Below, piece after piece: positions 1-9,652 of a DNA stretch of 64,000 nt; positions within the stretch are counted from its first letter, which is position 1; every line of letters begins with the position of its first letter. Location: contig CAYNSQ010000001.1 in assembly GCA_964400155.1 (NCBI GenBank), forward strand, positions 31,938 to 95,937, given 5' to 3'. Source of the DNA: an uncultured Candidatus Saccharibacteria bacterium. Its GTDB lineage: Bacteria; Patescibacteriota; Saccharimonadia; Saccharimonadales; UBA10212. The translations under genes and the position numbers were made by a program. Below the pieces are notes generated by a model, which made no database searches, was not told where the DNA came from, and saw nothing but the letters and a program-made list of their open reading frames with translations.

Positions 1-120
1 GTTAGATTACAATCTGCAAGTGCTTCTGCAGTTAAACTGGTTATAAAAGCTGGTGGTAGTTTTGAGTCAGTTGAACGCATTGCTCGAGAATCAAAAAAAT
101 CTGACAAGACCGAAAAGTAG
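1..120 (+). CDS. rplO: ribosomal protein L15 (C-terminal fragment; the gene begins upstream of the window)
   Basis: Frame 1 reads ...SAVKLVIKAGGSFESVERIARESKK... to a TAG at 118-120. This resembles an L15 C-terminus (A-rich then AGG). The position directly upstream of secY matches conserved rplO-secY order. Confidence 0.5.
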   Translation, partial: VRLQSASASAVKLVIKAGGSFESVERIARESKKSDKTEK

Positions 121-187
121 TTTATACTTTAGTACTAGAGTTGGTGGAAATTGAAAATCAAAGTCCAAATAATAAGGGGTTAAAAGT

Positions 188-1720
188 TTGAACTGGAAAA
201 TAATAGTAAAGTCATTAGGTCACCAAGAGATGCGAAAACGTATTCTCGCGGTGCTTGGTATGCTGCTTGTTTTTCGTATCCTGGCACATATTCCAGTCCC
301 CCTGGGTGACCCTGAGACACTAAAACAAGTACTCAATAACTTGTTCGAGCAAACTAGCGGTTCTAACCTACTAGGATATTTAAATGTTCTCTCTGGAGGG
401 GCGCTGTCTAACTTTTCAATTATGCTAGTTGGGCTTGGTCCATACATTAATGCCAGTATAATTATGCAGCTTCTTACCAAAGCCATACCAAAACTGGAAG
501 CCTTGAATAAAGAAGGTGAATTTGGGCGAAAAAAGATAAATCAATACACACGCATACTGACTTTTCCACTGGCTATTGTTCAATCAATAGGTACTATTTA
601 TCTGATACGTCAGCAAGCTCAGAGTATTGGCGGTTTGGGTGATATTACAGCTAATACTTCATCGGCTGAGTGGGTGTTGATGATTGCTGCACTAACCGGT
701 GGAGCAATGATTCTGATGTGGTTGGGTGAACAGATAACTGAGCGTGGCATTGGTAATGGTATCTCTCTGCTTATTACCGTGGGAATAGTCAGCGGTTTGC
801 CTGCTATTGCTGCCCAGTTGGCTAGAACAACCACCTGGGTCAAGGCCTACGGTGAATCTGACAAAATTGTAATTCTCGGCCATGAGTTTAGCCGGCACGG
901 ACTTATAAGTGTAACGGCAATAGCCCTGGCGGTCGTCTTTATGACTTGGGCAGTAGTAAAACTAAACGAAGCTGCTCGCAGACTTACTATAAATTATGCC
1001 AAAAGAGTTCAGGGCAATCGTACTTACGGTGGTGTAACAACAACTCTACCGGTAAAACTTATAACTGCTGGCGTGATACCGATAATTTTTGCAGTTGCTT
1101 TTTTGAGTGTGCCAAGTTTCTTAGGGCAAATATTGACCCAAGGTCAAGGTGCGGCATTTCAGTCGGATACTCGCTTGGAACACTTAGGTGTTATCTTGTC
1201 TGAATTGTTCCAAAACCCAACAGCTCAGACTTTTGCAGCCGGTGGTTGGAAACCCTGGGTTTACCCGCTAACTTACTTTGGTTTGGTTTTTGTATTTACA
1301 TATTTCTACACTTCGGTGACTTTCAATGCCAAAGAGATTTCCGAAAACCTTCAAAAACAAGGTGGTTTTATAGCCAATATTAGAAGTGGCAAGCAAACTG
1401 AGAAATATTTATCTAAGACTGTTAACCGATTAACCCTTTTTGGCGCCAGCGCACTTGGCCTTTTGGCTGTTATGCCAATTGTGGCACAAATTTGGATAGA
1501 CCCATCTGTGGCGCTAGGGCTTGGCGGTACTAGCATACTTATATTGGTGGCTGTTTCGCTTGAGACACTGCGTCAGGTAGAGTCTCGAGCTATGATGATT
1601 ACCTACGACCAATACGAACAGCCGGATTATTTTTATGACACTGGTGGTGCTACCGGCGCACTGGGAGCTCGTAAATTATCATTTATCCCACGCCCCAAAC
1701 TACCCCGACGTAAAAAGTAA
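188..1720 (+). CDS. secY: preprotein translocase subunit SecY
   Basis: 510-aa ORF with 10 hydrophobic segments and SecY-like N-terminus (RKRILAVLGMLLVFRILAHIPVPLGD). Likely TTG start at 188 with an AAGGGG RBS 8 nt upstream. Follows the rplO end. Confidence 0.9.
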   Translation: MNWKIIVKSLGHQEMRKRILAVLGMLLVFRILAHIPVPLGDPETLKQVLNNLFEQTSGSNLLGYLNVLSGGALSNFSIMLVGLGPYINASIIMQLLTKAIPKLEALNKEGEFGRKKINQYTRILTFPLAIVQSIGTIYLIRQQAQSIGGLGDITANTSSAEWVLMIAALTGGAMILMWLGEQITERGIGNGISLLITVGIVSGLPAIAAQLARTTTWVKAYGESDKIVILGHEFSRHGLISVTAIALAVVFMTWAVVKLNEAARRLTINYAKRVQGNRTYGGVTTTLPVKLITAGVIPIIFAVAFLSVPSFLGQILTQGQGAAFQSDTRLEHLGVILSELFQNPTAQTFAAGGWKPWVYPLTYFGLVFVFTYFYTSVTFNAKEISENLQKQGGFIANIRSGKQTEKYLSKTVNRLTLFGASALGLLAVMPIVAQIWIDPSVALGLGGTSILILVAVSLETLRQVESRAMMITYDQYEQPDYFYDTGGATGALGARKLSFIPRPKLPRRKK

Positions 1721-1735
1721 ACTCTAGTTACAAGC

Positions 1736-2260
1736 GTGAAAAACGAAGACGAACTATTAGATCTCGTAGATAAGAACGATGAAGTGATAGGTACGATTTA
1801 TCGATCGAAGACCTCAAATGATGACTTTGGCGGTTATTTGCGAGCATCGGAGCTACTGATCGTCAATGATAAAGGTCTGCTATGGATACCACGCAGGCAA
1901 ATGCATAAGCGCATTGCTCCTGGAGGCTTAGACTTTAGTGCAGCCGGACATGTAGCAAGTGGTGAGGATTATATGGATGCACTATCGAGAGAGGTAGAAG
2001 AAGAAATTAATATTGTGCTCGATGAAACTAAATTAAATTTCTTAAAAAAATTCAAACCAAAACCAAACTTACCGCCATATTTTCGAGCAGTATACCTATA
2101 CGATTGCAATGAGATACCTAAATATAACCATGATGATTTTAGCGAAAGTTTCTGGATAAGCCCAGATGATTTGCTGGCAAAACTCAAAGCAGGGGAGCCT
2201 GCAAAGCTAAGTCTCTTTGAAACAATAGAGTTCATAGTCTCACGAAAAAAACTTACCTAG
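1736..2260 (+). CDS. Nudix hydrolase, occupying the position where adk/map usually follow secY
   Basis: Translation contains the Nudix box GHVASGEDYMDALSREVEEEINIV (GX5EX7REUXEEXGU). The ORF opens with GTG at 1736. Confidence 0.7.
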   Translation: MKNEDELLDLVDKNDEVIGTIYRSKTSNDDFGGYLRASELLIVNDKGLLWIPRRQMHKRIAPGGLDFSAAGHVASGEDYMDALSREVEEEINIVLDETKLNFLKKFKPKPNLPPYFRAVYLYDCNEIPKYNHDDFSESFWISPDDLLAKLKAGEPAKLSLFETIEFIVSRKKLT

Positions 2261-2418
2261 TCTATTAAGCCTATATTTTAGTTTTGAACAAGCACGTGAA
2301 GAGCTATAAATATTAATAAGCTTTACAAATTAATATACTTATGCTATAATGTACTTCAAATGCGGTCATTGAACCGTTTTCTCTTCTAAAAAACACTTAA
2401 CAAAAAAAGGATTACTCA

Positions 2419-3156
2419 GTGAATGAAATAATATTTATATTTCTATCTTTTTTACTTGGTGCATTATCTGGCTTTCTTGGTGGAATTGCTACCGGAGCTG
2501 GCTTTATAGCTATTCCAGGCATGATTATGCTTGGTTTGTCTCCAAGTACTGCTATTGCCACTAATAATTTAACTGTTGCATCTAGTATTTCTTCTGCCTT
2601 CAGATACCATCAGTCAAAACTAATAAAGTATCACAGTTTATTTCCACTGATGTGCCTGAGCTTCATAGGAGGTCTTGTGGGGCCTTTGTTGCTTATACAG
2701 ATTAATGCGGAGCTAATGCAAAGATTTTTTGGGGTAATTTGTTTAGTAATGGCGATTACAATATCCAAAAATGACTACAATACCTTTAAGGCTGAAGGGT
2801 CAATTAATAAATTTAAAGGTGGTGCTAGCATCTTTGTAGCAAGTGCTCTTGCAGGACTATTTGGTACCGGAGGAGGTATTTTAACGATATTTGCCTTGCT
2901 ACAATTTTATAAAATGAGTATTACTGCAGCCAACGCCTCATCCAAAATTATCGGACTAACCGGTACGATTTCAACTTTGTTAGTTTTTCTACAAACAGGA
3001 TTAATTAACTTTCAAGTTGGCATACCACTGATGATTGGATCTGCTTTTGGTGGCTATGCTGGTGCTCATACAGCAATAAAAAAAGGTGATAAGAGAGTAA
3101 AGAAAATATTTTTAGCTTTAATAATCATTCTAGGCGTTAAAATGTTAATTTTTTAA
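2419..3156 (+). CDS. TauE/SafE (DUF81, TSUP) family membrane transporter
   Basis: 245-aa polytopic protein with Gly-rich TM helices (LGALSGFLGGIATGAGFIAIPGMIMLG) typical of the TSUP family, repeated in the C-terminal half. An extended -10 (TGCTATAAT) lies upstream near 2340. Confidence 0.6.
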   Translation: MNEIIFIFLSFLLGALSGFLGGIATGAGFIAIPGMIMLGLSPSTAIATNNLTVASSISSAFRYHQSKLIKYHSLFPLMCLSFIGGLVGPLLLIQINAELMQRFFGVICLVMAITISKNDYNTFKAEGSINKFKGGASIFVASALAGLFGTGGGILTIFALLQFYKMSITAANASSKIIGLTGTISTLLVFLQTGLINFQVGIPLMIGSAFGGYAGAHTAIKKGDKRVKKIFLALIIILGVKMLIF

Positions 3157-3165
3157 AATTAACTC

Positions 3166-3194
3166 TTTACAAACAGAGTGAGGGTGTGTATAAT
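3166..3194 (+). promoter_or_regulatory. sigma70-type promoter upstream of infA (TTTACA, 17 nt spacer, TATAAT)
   Basis: TTTACA at 3166-3171 and TATAAT at 3189-3194 with an exact 17-nt spacer. The infA start is 18 nt downstream of the -10. Confidence 0.55.
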
Positions 3195-3211
3195 TTGATG
3201 AAGTTATATTT

Positions 3212-3433
3212 ATGGCACGCGAGAAGGAAGTAATTGAACTATTGGGAACGGTGATAGAAGCCCTCCCAGGAACACAGTTCGTAGTAGAGCTCGAAAACGG
3301 TCATAAAATTATAGCTCATGTTGCGGGGAAAATGAGGAAGAATTACATTCGACTTGTTCCCGGTGACCGCGTGAAGGTAGAATTGACACCTTACGATCTG
3401 ACGAAGGGTCGGATAACCTTCCGCGAATCGTAG
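3212..3433 (+). CDS. infA: translation initiation factor IF-1
   Basis: 73 aa, [71 protein letters not shown]. This is the canonical IF-1 S1-like OB fold sequence. Confidence 0.93.
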   Translation: MAREKEVIELLGTVIEALPGTQFVVELENGHKIIAHVAGKMRKNYIRLVPGDRVKVELTPYDLTKGRITFRES

Positions 3434-3493
3434 AACTAAAAGTTCTACATAATATTAGTAAGCAGAGAGTCACTCTGAAAGGAGTTGATCCGC

Positions 3494-3610
3494 ATGAAAG
3501 TGCGTGCAAGTGTAAAAAAAATTAGTCCTGATGATATCATAGTCCGCCGTAAAGGTCGGGTCTATGTTATTAATAAATTCAAAAAAAAGCATAAGCAGAG
3601 GCAAGGCTAA
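3494..3610 (+). CDS. rpmJ: ribosomal protein L36, cysteine-less (C-minus) form; not in the ORF track
   Basis: ATG at 3494 gives [38 protein letters not shown], ending TAA at 3608-3610 and overlapping the rpsM ATG. It matches L36 (MKVRASVKK...KHKQRQG). The three zinc-binding Cys are replaced by S, D and N; His32 is retained. Confidence 0.85.
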   Translation: MKVRASVKKISPDDIIVRRKGRVYVINKFKKKHKQRQG

Positions 3611-3996
3611 TGGCACGCATATCTGGTGTAACAATTCCTGATGCCAAACAGATTCAAGTATCTTTAACTTACGTTTATGGTATTGGTCCAAAAACAGCTG
3701 GCGATATACTAAGTGCCGCTAAAGTAGAGCCAACGGTTCGTACAAAAGATCTTACAGATGCAGAAATTTCAAGAATCCAGGATGTAATCAACGCTGACTT
3801 AGTTGTCGAAGGTGAACTCCACCGGCAAGTAACTGGCAACATTAAACGCTTGAAAGATATTAAATCATATAGAGGGCTGCGCCACACAGCAAGCTTACCT
3901 AGTCGTGGACAACGTACCAAAACCAACGCCAGAACTCGAAGAGGTAAAAAAGTGACTGTTGGCGGAACAGCTAAGAAAGTGGCGGCAAAGACTTAA
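3610..3996 (+). CDS. rpsM: ribosomal protein S13
   Basis: [34 protein letters not shown]... is the canonical S13 N-terminus. 128 aa. Confidence 0.93.
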   Translation: MARISGVTIPDAKQIQVSLTYVYGIGPKTAGDILSAAKVEPTVRTKDLTDAEISRIQDVINADLVVEGELHRQVTGNIKRLKDIKSYRGLRHTASLPSRGQRTKTNARTRRGKKVTVGGTAKKVAAKT

Positions 3997-3997
3997 A

Positions 3998-4486
3998 ATG
4001 GCGGATAAACCAGTGAAAGAAGAATTAGACAAAACCACAGACCCTGTTGACGCATCGGTTGTTGCAGGTAATGAGGCTGATAATAATGCAGAAGCTACAA
4101 CTGTAACACCTGCAAAGCGTAAAAAGAATAAACGCACCGTAACTGCCGGCCATGTGCACGTACTTGCTACTTTCAATAACACTATTATTACTGTTTCAGA
4201 CCCTCAGGGGGCAGTATTAACTACTGCTAGCGCCGGCAGTTCTGGTTTTAGAGGGTCTAAGAAGGGGACAGCTTACGCTGCCCAGGTAGCAGCTGAAAAA
4301 GCTATTGGTCTGGCACGACAGGACTTTGGTCTTAGCAAAGTTGATGTTTCTGTAAAAGGTATAGGACTGGGTCGTGAAGCAGCGATAAGAACTCTTATTA
4401 GTCAAAAAATTCAGGTAGATAACATCCGTGATATAACTCCAATTGCTCACGGTGGAGTAAGGCCAAGAAAGGCCAAGAGGAACTAG
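3998..4486 (+). CDS. rpsK: ribosomal protein S11 with ~40-aa Lys/Ala-rich N-terminal extension
   Basis: S11 core (KRTVTAGHVHVLATFNNTIITVSDPQGAVLTTASAGSSGFRGSKKGTAYAAQVAAEKA...). The most plausible start is ATG 3998, just after the rpsM stop. The ORF-track start at 3959 overlaps rpsM. Confidence 0.9.
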   Translation: MADKPVKEELDKTTDPVDASVVAGNEADNNAEATTVTPAKRKKNKRTVTAGHVHVLATFNNTIITVSDPQGAVLTTASAGSSGFRGSKKGTAYAAQVAAEKAIGLARQDFGLSKVDVSVKGIGLGREAAIRTLISQKIQVDNIRDITPIAHGGVRPRKAKRN

Positions 4487-4488
4487 CT

Positions 4489-5106
4489 ATGGCAAGAGAT
4501 AGAAGTTCTGTAGTTAAACAGTCGCGCCGTGAAGGTTATGCGCTACATCCAAAAGCCCATAAGGCTCTTGTTAAAAGGACAGCTTTACCGGGCGAACAGA
4601 ACACTGGCGGTCGGCGACCTAAAGCCAGCCAATACTCCCTTCAACTGCGTGAAAAACAAAAAGTCAAAAGACTATATGGGCTACTAGAAAGACAGTTTGC
4701 CAAACTTATGGATGAGGCAGTGCGGACAGACGGTCCATCTGGAGCACAACTTCTAGAATTTCTGGAAAGAAGATTAGACAACGTTGTATACCGTGCAGGA
4801 TATGCCAGTTCAAGACGAGCTGCACGTCAATTGGTTAGCCACGGACACTTTATGCTTAACGACCGTCGAGTAGATGTTCCATCAATTCGAGTAAATGCAA
4901 ACGATCACATTGTGCTGAGACAACATTCTCAAGCTAATGCATATTTTAAGAATATTGATACCCTCAGTCCAGCTCCATCAAGCACACCAAGCTGGTTGAG
5001 TATTAACCGTAAGAAATTTGAAATTAAAGTAACAGGTGCTCCGACTCGTGACGATGCCGAGCCGGACATCAAAGAGCAACTAATAGTTGAGTACTACTCT
5101 AGGTAA
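4489..5106 (+). CDS. rpsD: ribosomal protein S4
   Basis: MARDRSSVVKQSRREGYALHPKA... is an S4 N-terminus. An S4 RNA-binding domain (RRLDNVVYRAGYASSRRAARQLVSHGHFMLNDRRVDVPS) is present. Confidence 0.93.
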   Translation: MARDRSSVVKQSRREGYALHPKAHKALVKRTALPGEQNTGGRRPKASQYSLQLREKQKVKRLYGLLERQFAKLMDEAVRTDGPSGAQLLEFLERRLDNVVYRAGYASSRRAARQLVSHGHFMLNDRRVDVPSIRVNANDHIVLRQHSQANAYFKNIDTLSPAPSSTPSWLSINRKKFEIKVTGAPTRDDAEPDIKEQLIVEYYSR

Positions 5107-5136
5107 AAGAAGAGAAAGAAAGGGACAACAACTAAT

Positions 5137-6087
5137 ATGAGTAAACTAATTCACACGCCAGCACTAGCAGGAATCACTGACCACGGACCTACTAGTTCTA
5201 CATTCACTATAGAACCGTTACACACCGGATATGGTATGACTTTGGGTAATAGCATGCGCCGCGTTCTACTCTCTTCTATCGCAGGAGCAGCTGTCACCGG
5301 ATTTCGAATTCAAGGCATTTCGCACGAATTTACCACTGTTAAAGGTGTTAAAGAAGATGTTGTGGCTATTATGCAAAATCTTAAAACTATAAGATTTAAA
5401 GTGTATAGCGACCAGCCACAAGTCCTAACAATCAGTAAAAAAGGTAGCGGCTTAGTTACGGCAAAAGACATTGAAACAAATGCAGATGTTGAAGTAGTAA
5501 ACCCTAACGCCGTTATATGTACGATTGATGATGCCAAAGGGTCGGTAGTTATTGAGCTAACCGTTGAAACAGGACGTGGATACAGACCATTAGACGAACA
5601 AGGGTCTGGCAAGAAAAGCAGTGATATGATTTTGCTCGATGCACTGTTTACTCCGGTACTTAGAGTACGTTACAAGGTAGAAAATACCCGTGTTGGTCAA
5701 ATTACCGACTTGGATAAACTACTTTTAACAATAGATACTGATGGCTCTATTACGCCAAGAGACGCATTTGAAGAAGCTGCAGCAATTTTAGTTAACCAGT
5801 ACACTGCACTTGCCGGTCAAACTCGTGTAGAGGTGGCTGCACCATTATCAGCTGCAGAAGTTGACGCAGCAGCAGGTGGTCTTGATGGTGACGAACCATC
5901 CGAGTTAATGACATCAATTGAAGACCTAAACCTAAGTGCCCGTACTACAAACGCACTAGTCAACAATGATATTCACACCATTAAAGACCTAATTAGTTTG
6001 TCAGAAGCAGAACTTCGAGACTTGAAAGGTTTTGGAAGTAAAGCCCTGGATGAAGTTAAAGACAAAATGTCCGAATTGGAGCTATAA
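5137..6087 (+). CDS. rpoA: DNA-directed RNA polymerase subunit alpha
   Basis: 316 aa with an alpha N-terminal dimerisation domain and a C-terminal alphaCTD (SIEDLNLSARTTNALVNNDIHTIKDLISLSEAELRDLKGFGSKALDEV). Confidence 0.93.
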   Translation: MSKLIHTPALAGITDHGPTSSTFTIEPLHTGYGMTLGNSMRRVLLSSIAGAAVTGFRIQGISHEFTTVKGVKEDVVAIMQNLKTIRFKVYSDQPQVLTISKKGSGLVTAKDIETNADVEVVNPNAVICTIDDAKGSVVIELTVETGRGYRPLDEQGSGKKSSDMILLDALFTPVLRVRYKVENTRVGQITDLDKLLLTIDTDGSITPRDAFEEAAAILVNQYTALAGQTRVEVAAPLSAAEVDAAAGGLDGDEPSELMTSIEDLNLSARTTNALVNNDIHTIKDLISLSEAELRDLKGFGSKALDEVKDKMSELEL

Positions 6088-6099
6088 GAAGGAACCATA

Positions 6100-6651
6100 A
6101 TGCATCGTCACAGTTACAAAGGAAGAAAATTCGGACGTGAGGCAGATCAGCGCAAGGCGCTTATAAAAGGGTTGGCTGACTCACTCGTATTGAATGAATC
6201 CATTGAGACTACCTTGCCTAAGGCTAAAGAACTGATGCGGTACACTGAAAAACTAATAACCAAGGCCAAAAAGGGTGACTTACACAACCGACGGCAAATT
6301 ATCACCAAACTTAACACTCTTGAGGCCTCTCACAAACTTGTTGATGAGTTAGCACCAAAAATGACCGGAAGAACTAGCGGGCACTTGAGAATAGAGAAAA
6401 CAAGATCTAGAGTTGGTGATGGTGCAGTTATGGCCCGCATTACATTTGTTGACGATTTAAAAGCCAAGCAAAGTCCAAAAGTAGATGCAAATAGAAGCCT
6501 GAAATCAGAAGACAAAAATGCTTCTAAAGAAAAAGTGACTGCTAAAGCAAATAATACCAACAAGTTGCCACAGTCTGTAAAATCAGAAACGCCTCACAGC
6601 AAACCCAATTCTGAACCAGCCAAAAGATCTGGGAAAAGAGGTAACAGATAA
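6100..6651 (+). CDS. rplQ: ribosomal protein L17 with ~60-aa Lys/Ser-rich C-terminal tail
   Basis: MHRHSYKGRKFGREADQRKALIKGLADSLVLNESIETTLPKAKELMRYTEKLITKAKKGDLHNRRQ... is canonical L17. A low-complexity basic tail follows. Confidence 0.9.
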   Translation: MHRHSYKGRKFGREADQRKALIKGLADSLVLNESIETTLPKAKELMRYTEKLITKAKKGDLHNRRQIITKLNTLEASHKLVDELAPKMTGRTSGHLRIEKTRSRVGDGAVMARITFVDDLKAKQSPKVDANRSLKSEDKNASKEKVTAKANNTNKLPQSVKSETPHSKPNSEPAKRSGKRGNR

Positions 6652-7100
6652 TGAAGGCAAAAACATATTCAGAAAAACCTGCGGACGTGAAGCGTCAATG
6701 GTATTTAATTGACGCTTCTAAAGCGCCTTTAGGACGGGTTAGTACAAGAGCGGCTGCGCTTCTTATAGGCAAAGGCAAGCCAACATTTACACCGCATGTA
6801 GATGGCGGTGACTATGTTGTAATCATTAATGCGGATAAGTTAGTAGTCTCGGGTAGTAAGATGACCGATAAGATTTATTATAATCATAGTGGATACCCAA
6901 GCGGACTTCGAAAAAGAAGTCTTAATGTAGTTATGAAATCTGATCCTACAGAAGCAATAACCTCATCTGTAAGAGGAATGTTGCCAGTTAACAAACTAAG
7001 AGATGGTCGGTTAGCTCGACTAAAGGTTTATTCAGGCGACCAACATAAACACCTACCTCAGCAACCTATTGAAGTAAATATGACCAAGGAGACCAAGTAG
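6651..7100 (+). CDS. rplM: ribosomal protein L13
   Basis: QWYLIDASKAPLGRVSTRAAALLIGKGKPTFTPHVDGGDYVVIINADKLVVSGSK is an L13 signature. The ATGA overlaps the rplQ stop. Confidence 0.92.
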   Translation: MKAKTYSEKPADVKRQWYLIDASKAPLGRVSTRAAALLIGKGKPTFTPHVDGGDYVVIINADKLVVSGSKMTDKIYYNHSGYPSGLRKRSLNVVMKSDPTEAITSSVRGMLPVNKLRDGRLARLKVYSGDQHKHLPQQPIEVNMTKETK

Positions 7101-7102
7101 CT

Positions 7103-7510
7103 ATGGCAAATTCATCAACACACTACCACTACGCACTAGGCCGTCGTAAAACAGCCACAGCAAGAGTTAGACTGACTAATGGCAAAGGTGAAATTGTTAT
7201 TAACGGCAAATCAGTTAACGACTACTTTTCTGGTAGTAAGTACTTACAACACGAACTTCTAAAGCCGTTTACCGTTCTAGAACTAGATCCAGAGAAATTT
7301 GGTGTTAGTGTTCGACTTATTGGCGGAGGGCATTCCAGTCAAGTAGATGCTATTCGTCTAGGAATTGCCAAAGCCTTAATTCTAGTGAACGAAGACTACA
7401 AAGGTACACTCAAAAAAGCTGATTTACTTGGACGCGACCCACGTGAGCGTGAACGCAAGAAATTTGGACTCAAATCTGCCCGCAAACAACGCCAGTTTAC
7501 TAAACGCTAA
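7103..7510 (+). CDS. rpsI: ribosomal protein S9
   Basis: YALGRRKTATARVRL...GGGHSSQVDAIRLGIAKAL...RERKKFGLKSARKQRQFTKR is the S9 signature with the C-terminal basic tail. Confidence 0.92.
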   Translation: MANSSTHYHYALGRRKTATARVRLTNGKGEIVINGKSVNDYFSGSKYLQHELLKPFTVLELDPEKFGVSVRLIGGGHSSQVDAIRLGIAKALILVNEDYKGTLKKADLLGRDPRERERKKFGLKSARKQRQFTKR

Positions 7511-7522
7511 TATAAACTACAT

Positions 7523-8623
7523 ATGTCTATATCACCTGAAGATTTATCGGGTGGGGCGTGGAGCTTACACCTCGAAGCTCTTGAAGCAGAAGTGTATTTA
7601 AATATGGACGAGCCAGAAGGCCCGGAACTTATTAAGAGACGTAAGGAGGTTATAGCTACACTCGATCAAAAAGCGTTAACACAGTATAGTAATCAACCTG
7701 TCTCGGTAATCGGTACTCATAAGAAAACCGGCCCAGGACAAAGTACTGTACTAGCTGAAGGTGAGGATGACGAGGGTAGTATCTCTACTGTAGAAATACA
7801 GCAAAGTCCAATTGAAATGTGGCTGCATCAGGGTAAAACATATGGTGAATCGAATGGTTTTACTATCCTTGACTTAGATGAAGACCTTAAGTTTGTTGAT
7901 GAATCGGACGAAGAACAGGACGATAAGCTACAGACAATAAGGGATAATGCATTGGGTCGTCATGCCGTAGCACATCTTGTGATTACTGATAACAGCGGTA
8001 AAACTACTATGACACCAAATGATTTTGCTTTTGTTGCTCCAATAGTCTTTAATACCGTTGCTCCAGTAACTTCAAACTTTCTATTTGTTGAGAATAGGTC
8101 TTCAGTTTTAACTAATGATCAGCGATTAGCCGAAATTTCTAAAATATTTCAGTGCTGGACGCCAAAAAAAACAATTCTGCGCAAAAAAGTAGAAAGAGAT
8201 ATTCGTAAGGCGACGGATGGCGTTTCTGCTCTACTCGACGGGTTAACAAAGATAAAGGAACTAAGCCAAGAAACAGCACCACAAGATCTGGTGGCATTAA
8301 CTGATTGGTTGGCAATTATGTTTAAAGATCATTTTTTTAACCGCCAATATTATCTTGAAGGAAACGTACCTAGGTCATTGATTCTTGAAGGTGGGTCAAG
8401 ATGGGAAGATTTTAACCCTAATTCTAGTTACGCTGTTATTGTCGATGGTCTAGTAATAGCGCCACGTGATAAGGATAAAATCACTGAACCGACTAAAGGT
8501 GATTCGCAGGTATGTATAAGGATGAAGTTTAAAACTTCAGATGGGAGCTACATACCTGTTGCTGTTCCACTTGAAGAGCTATCATCTACAAATATTAAAA
8601 GACTACCAAACACTAGAGACTAA
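7523..8623 (+). CDS. hypothetical acidic protein, 366 aa, no recognisable domain
   Basis: Long ORF immediately after rpsI with good coding periodicity. It is acidic (D/E-rich runs such as DEDLKFVDESDEEQDDK), has no TM segments and no motifs I can assign. Confidence 0.5.
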   Translation: MSISPEDLSGGAWSLHLEALEAEVYLNMDEPEGPELIKRRKEVIATLDQKALTQYSNQPVSVIGTHKKTGPGQSTVLAEGEDDEGSISTVEIQQSPIEMWLHQGKTYGESNGFTILDLDEDLKFVDESDEEQDDKLQTIRDNALGRHAVAHLVITDNSGKTTMTPNDFAFVAPIVFNTVAPVTSNFLFVENRSSVLTNDQRLAEISKIFQCWTPKKTILRKKVERDIRKATDGVSALLDGLTKIKELSQETAPQDLVALTDWLAIMFKDHFFNRQYYLEGNVPRSLILEGGSRWEDFNPNSSYAVIVDGLVIAPRDKDKITEPTKGDSQVCIRMKFKTSDGSYIPVAVPLEELSSTNIKRLPNTRD

Positions 8624-8683
8624 TCTACTCCTAGTCACTAAATTATTGGTTTTGTTTGGCTGATACTATTTTTCAGGATATCA

Positions 8684-9469
8684 TTGTATGTAATGGATGA
8701 GGTAATTCTATCAGCTGCGGTGACTGTTTTTGTATTTATGAGCCTAGGCTACATAATCTCTTTGCTTGCAAAGGATGCATCTTTAGTAGATATATTCTGG
8801 GGACTAGGCTTTGTGCTGATAGCAGCAATATTGATGTATACAACAGATAATGTATCTGTAGTTCAGATATTTACATCGCTATTAGTATACATTTGGGGGT
8901 TTAGGCTCACTTATCACATAGCCAGGCGAAAACTCGGCAAACCGGAAGACTTTAGATATGTGGCTATGCGCAAAAAATGGGGCAAATCATTTGTTTGGCG
9001 CAGTTTCTTTACAATTTTTATGTTGCAAGGTTTACTTATGCTGATTATTTCTACCAGCATTTTAGTCTCAGCTAACGCCGGTGATGATGGCAATACTTTG
9101 TATTGGTGGCAAGTGCTTGGAGTGGCTATTTGGGGAGTGGGTTATATATTTGAAGTTGTTGGTGATATGCAATTATCTCAATTCCTAAAGAAGAGAAAGA
9201 GCAAAGACGAAATTATTACTACCGGTTTATGGCGTTATACCAGGCATCCAAATTACTTTGGCGAAGCAGTGCAATGGTGGGGGATATGGTTATTGGTTAT
9301 AGGATTGCCATACGGTTTATGGGCAATCGTTAGCCCTCTACTACTAACATACCTACTGGTATATGTATCAGGTGTACCAATGTTAGAGAAGAAATACGCT
9401 AAAAACAAACAATTCCAAGCGTACGCTAAAAAAACTTCAAAATTTATACCAATGCCACCAAAAACTTGA
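8684..9469 (+). CDS. DUF1295 / steroid-5-alpha-reductase-like (ICMT/PEMT-superfamily) membrane protein
   Basis: Polytopic 261-aa protein with the C-terminal motif [25 protein letters not shown]. This is characteristic of the DUF1295, 3-oxo-5-alpha-steroid dehydrogenase and ICMT-like family. Confidence 0.6.
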   Translation: MYVMDEVILSAAVTVFVFMSLGYIISLLAKDASLVDIFWGLGFVLIAAILMYTTDNVSVVQIFTSLLVYIWGFRLTYHIARRKLGKPEDFRYVAMRKKWGKSFVWRSFFTIFMLQGLLMLIISTSILVSANAGDDGNTLYWWQVLGVAIWGVGYIFEVVGDMQLSQFLKKRKSKDEIITTGLWRYTRHPNYFGEAVQWWGIWLLVIGLPYGLWAIVSPLLLTYLLVYVSGVPMLEKKYAKNKQFQAYAKKTSKFIPMPPKT

Positions 9470-9607
9470 CCAACACTTCAGTGTTGTATAGAATTAAAAT
9501 CCAATGACAACAGAACAATATTTTGCCGCCGGATGGTCGTTTACCCACTCACCAGTGGCGGTTTGTTCTGTGAGCTAATAGTCTAGAAAATACGAGAACA
9601 TTGAAGA

Positions 9608-9633
9608 GACCGCCACAAAGCAGGCGGTTTTTA
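9608..9633 (+). terminator. putative rho-independent terminator (GACCGCC-loop-GGCGGT plus T5)
   Basis: A GACCGCC / GGCGGT stem with an 8-nt loop is followed by TTTTT, just upstream of the RBS (AAGGAG) of the small ORF at 9653. Confidence 0.45.
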
Positions 9634-9652
9634 ATTATTAAGGAGAAAATAA

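Noticed and set aside
220-898. Antisense and overlapping ORFs inside secY (220..486, 619..843, 692..898 minus strand)
   Set aside because: They lie entirely within a strongly supported conserved CDS on the other strand and have no RBS or homology. They are spurious six-frame artefacts. The same applies to comparable ORFs inside rpsM/rpsK, the HK gene (22887..23300), the LPXTG gene (48610..49056, 48816..49073), atpA, atpF and others.
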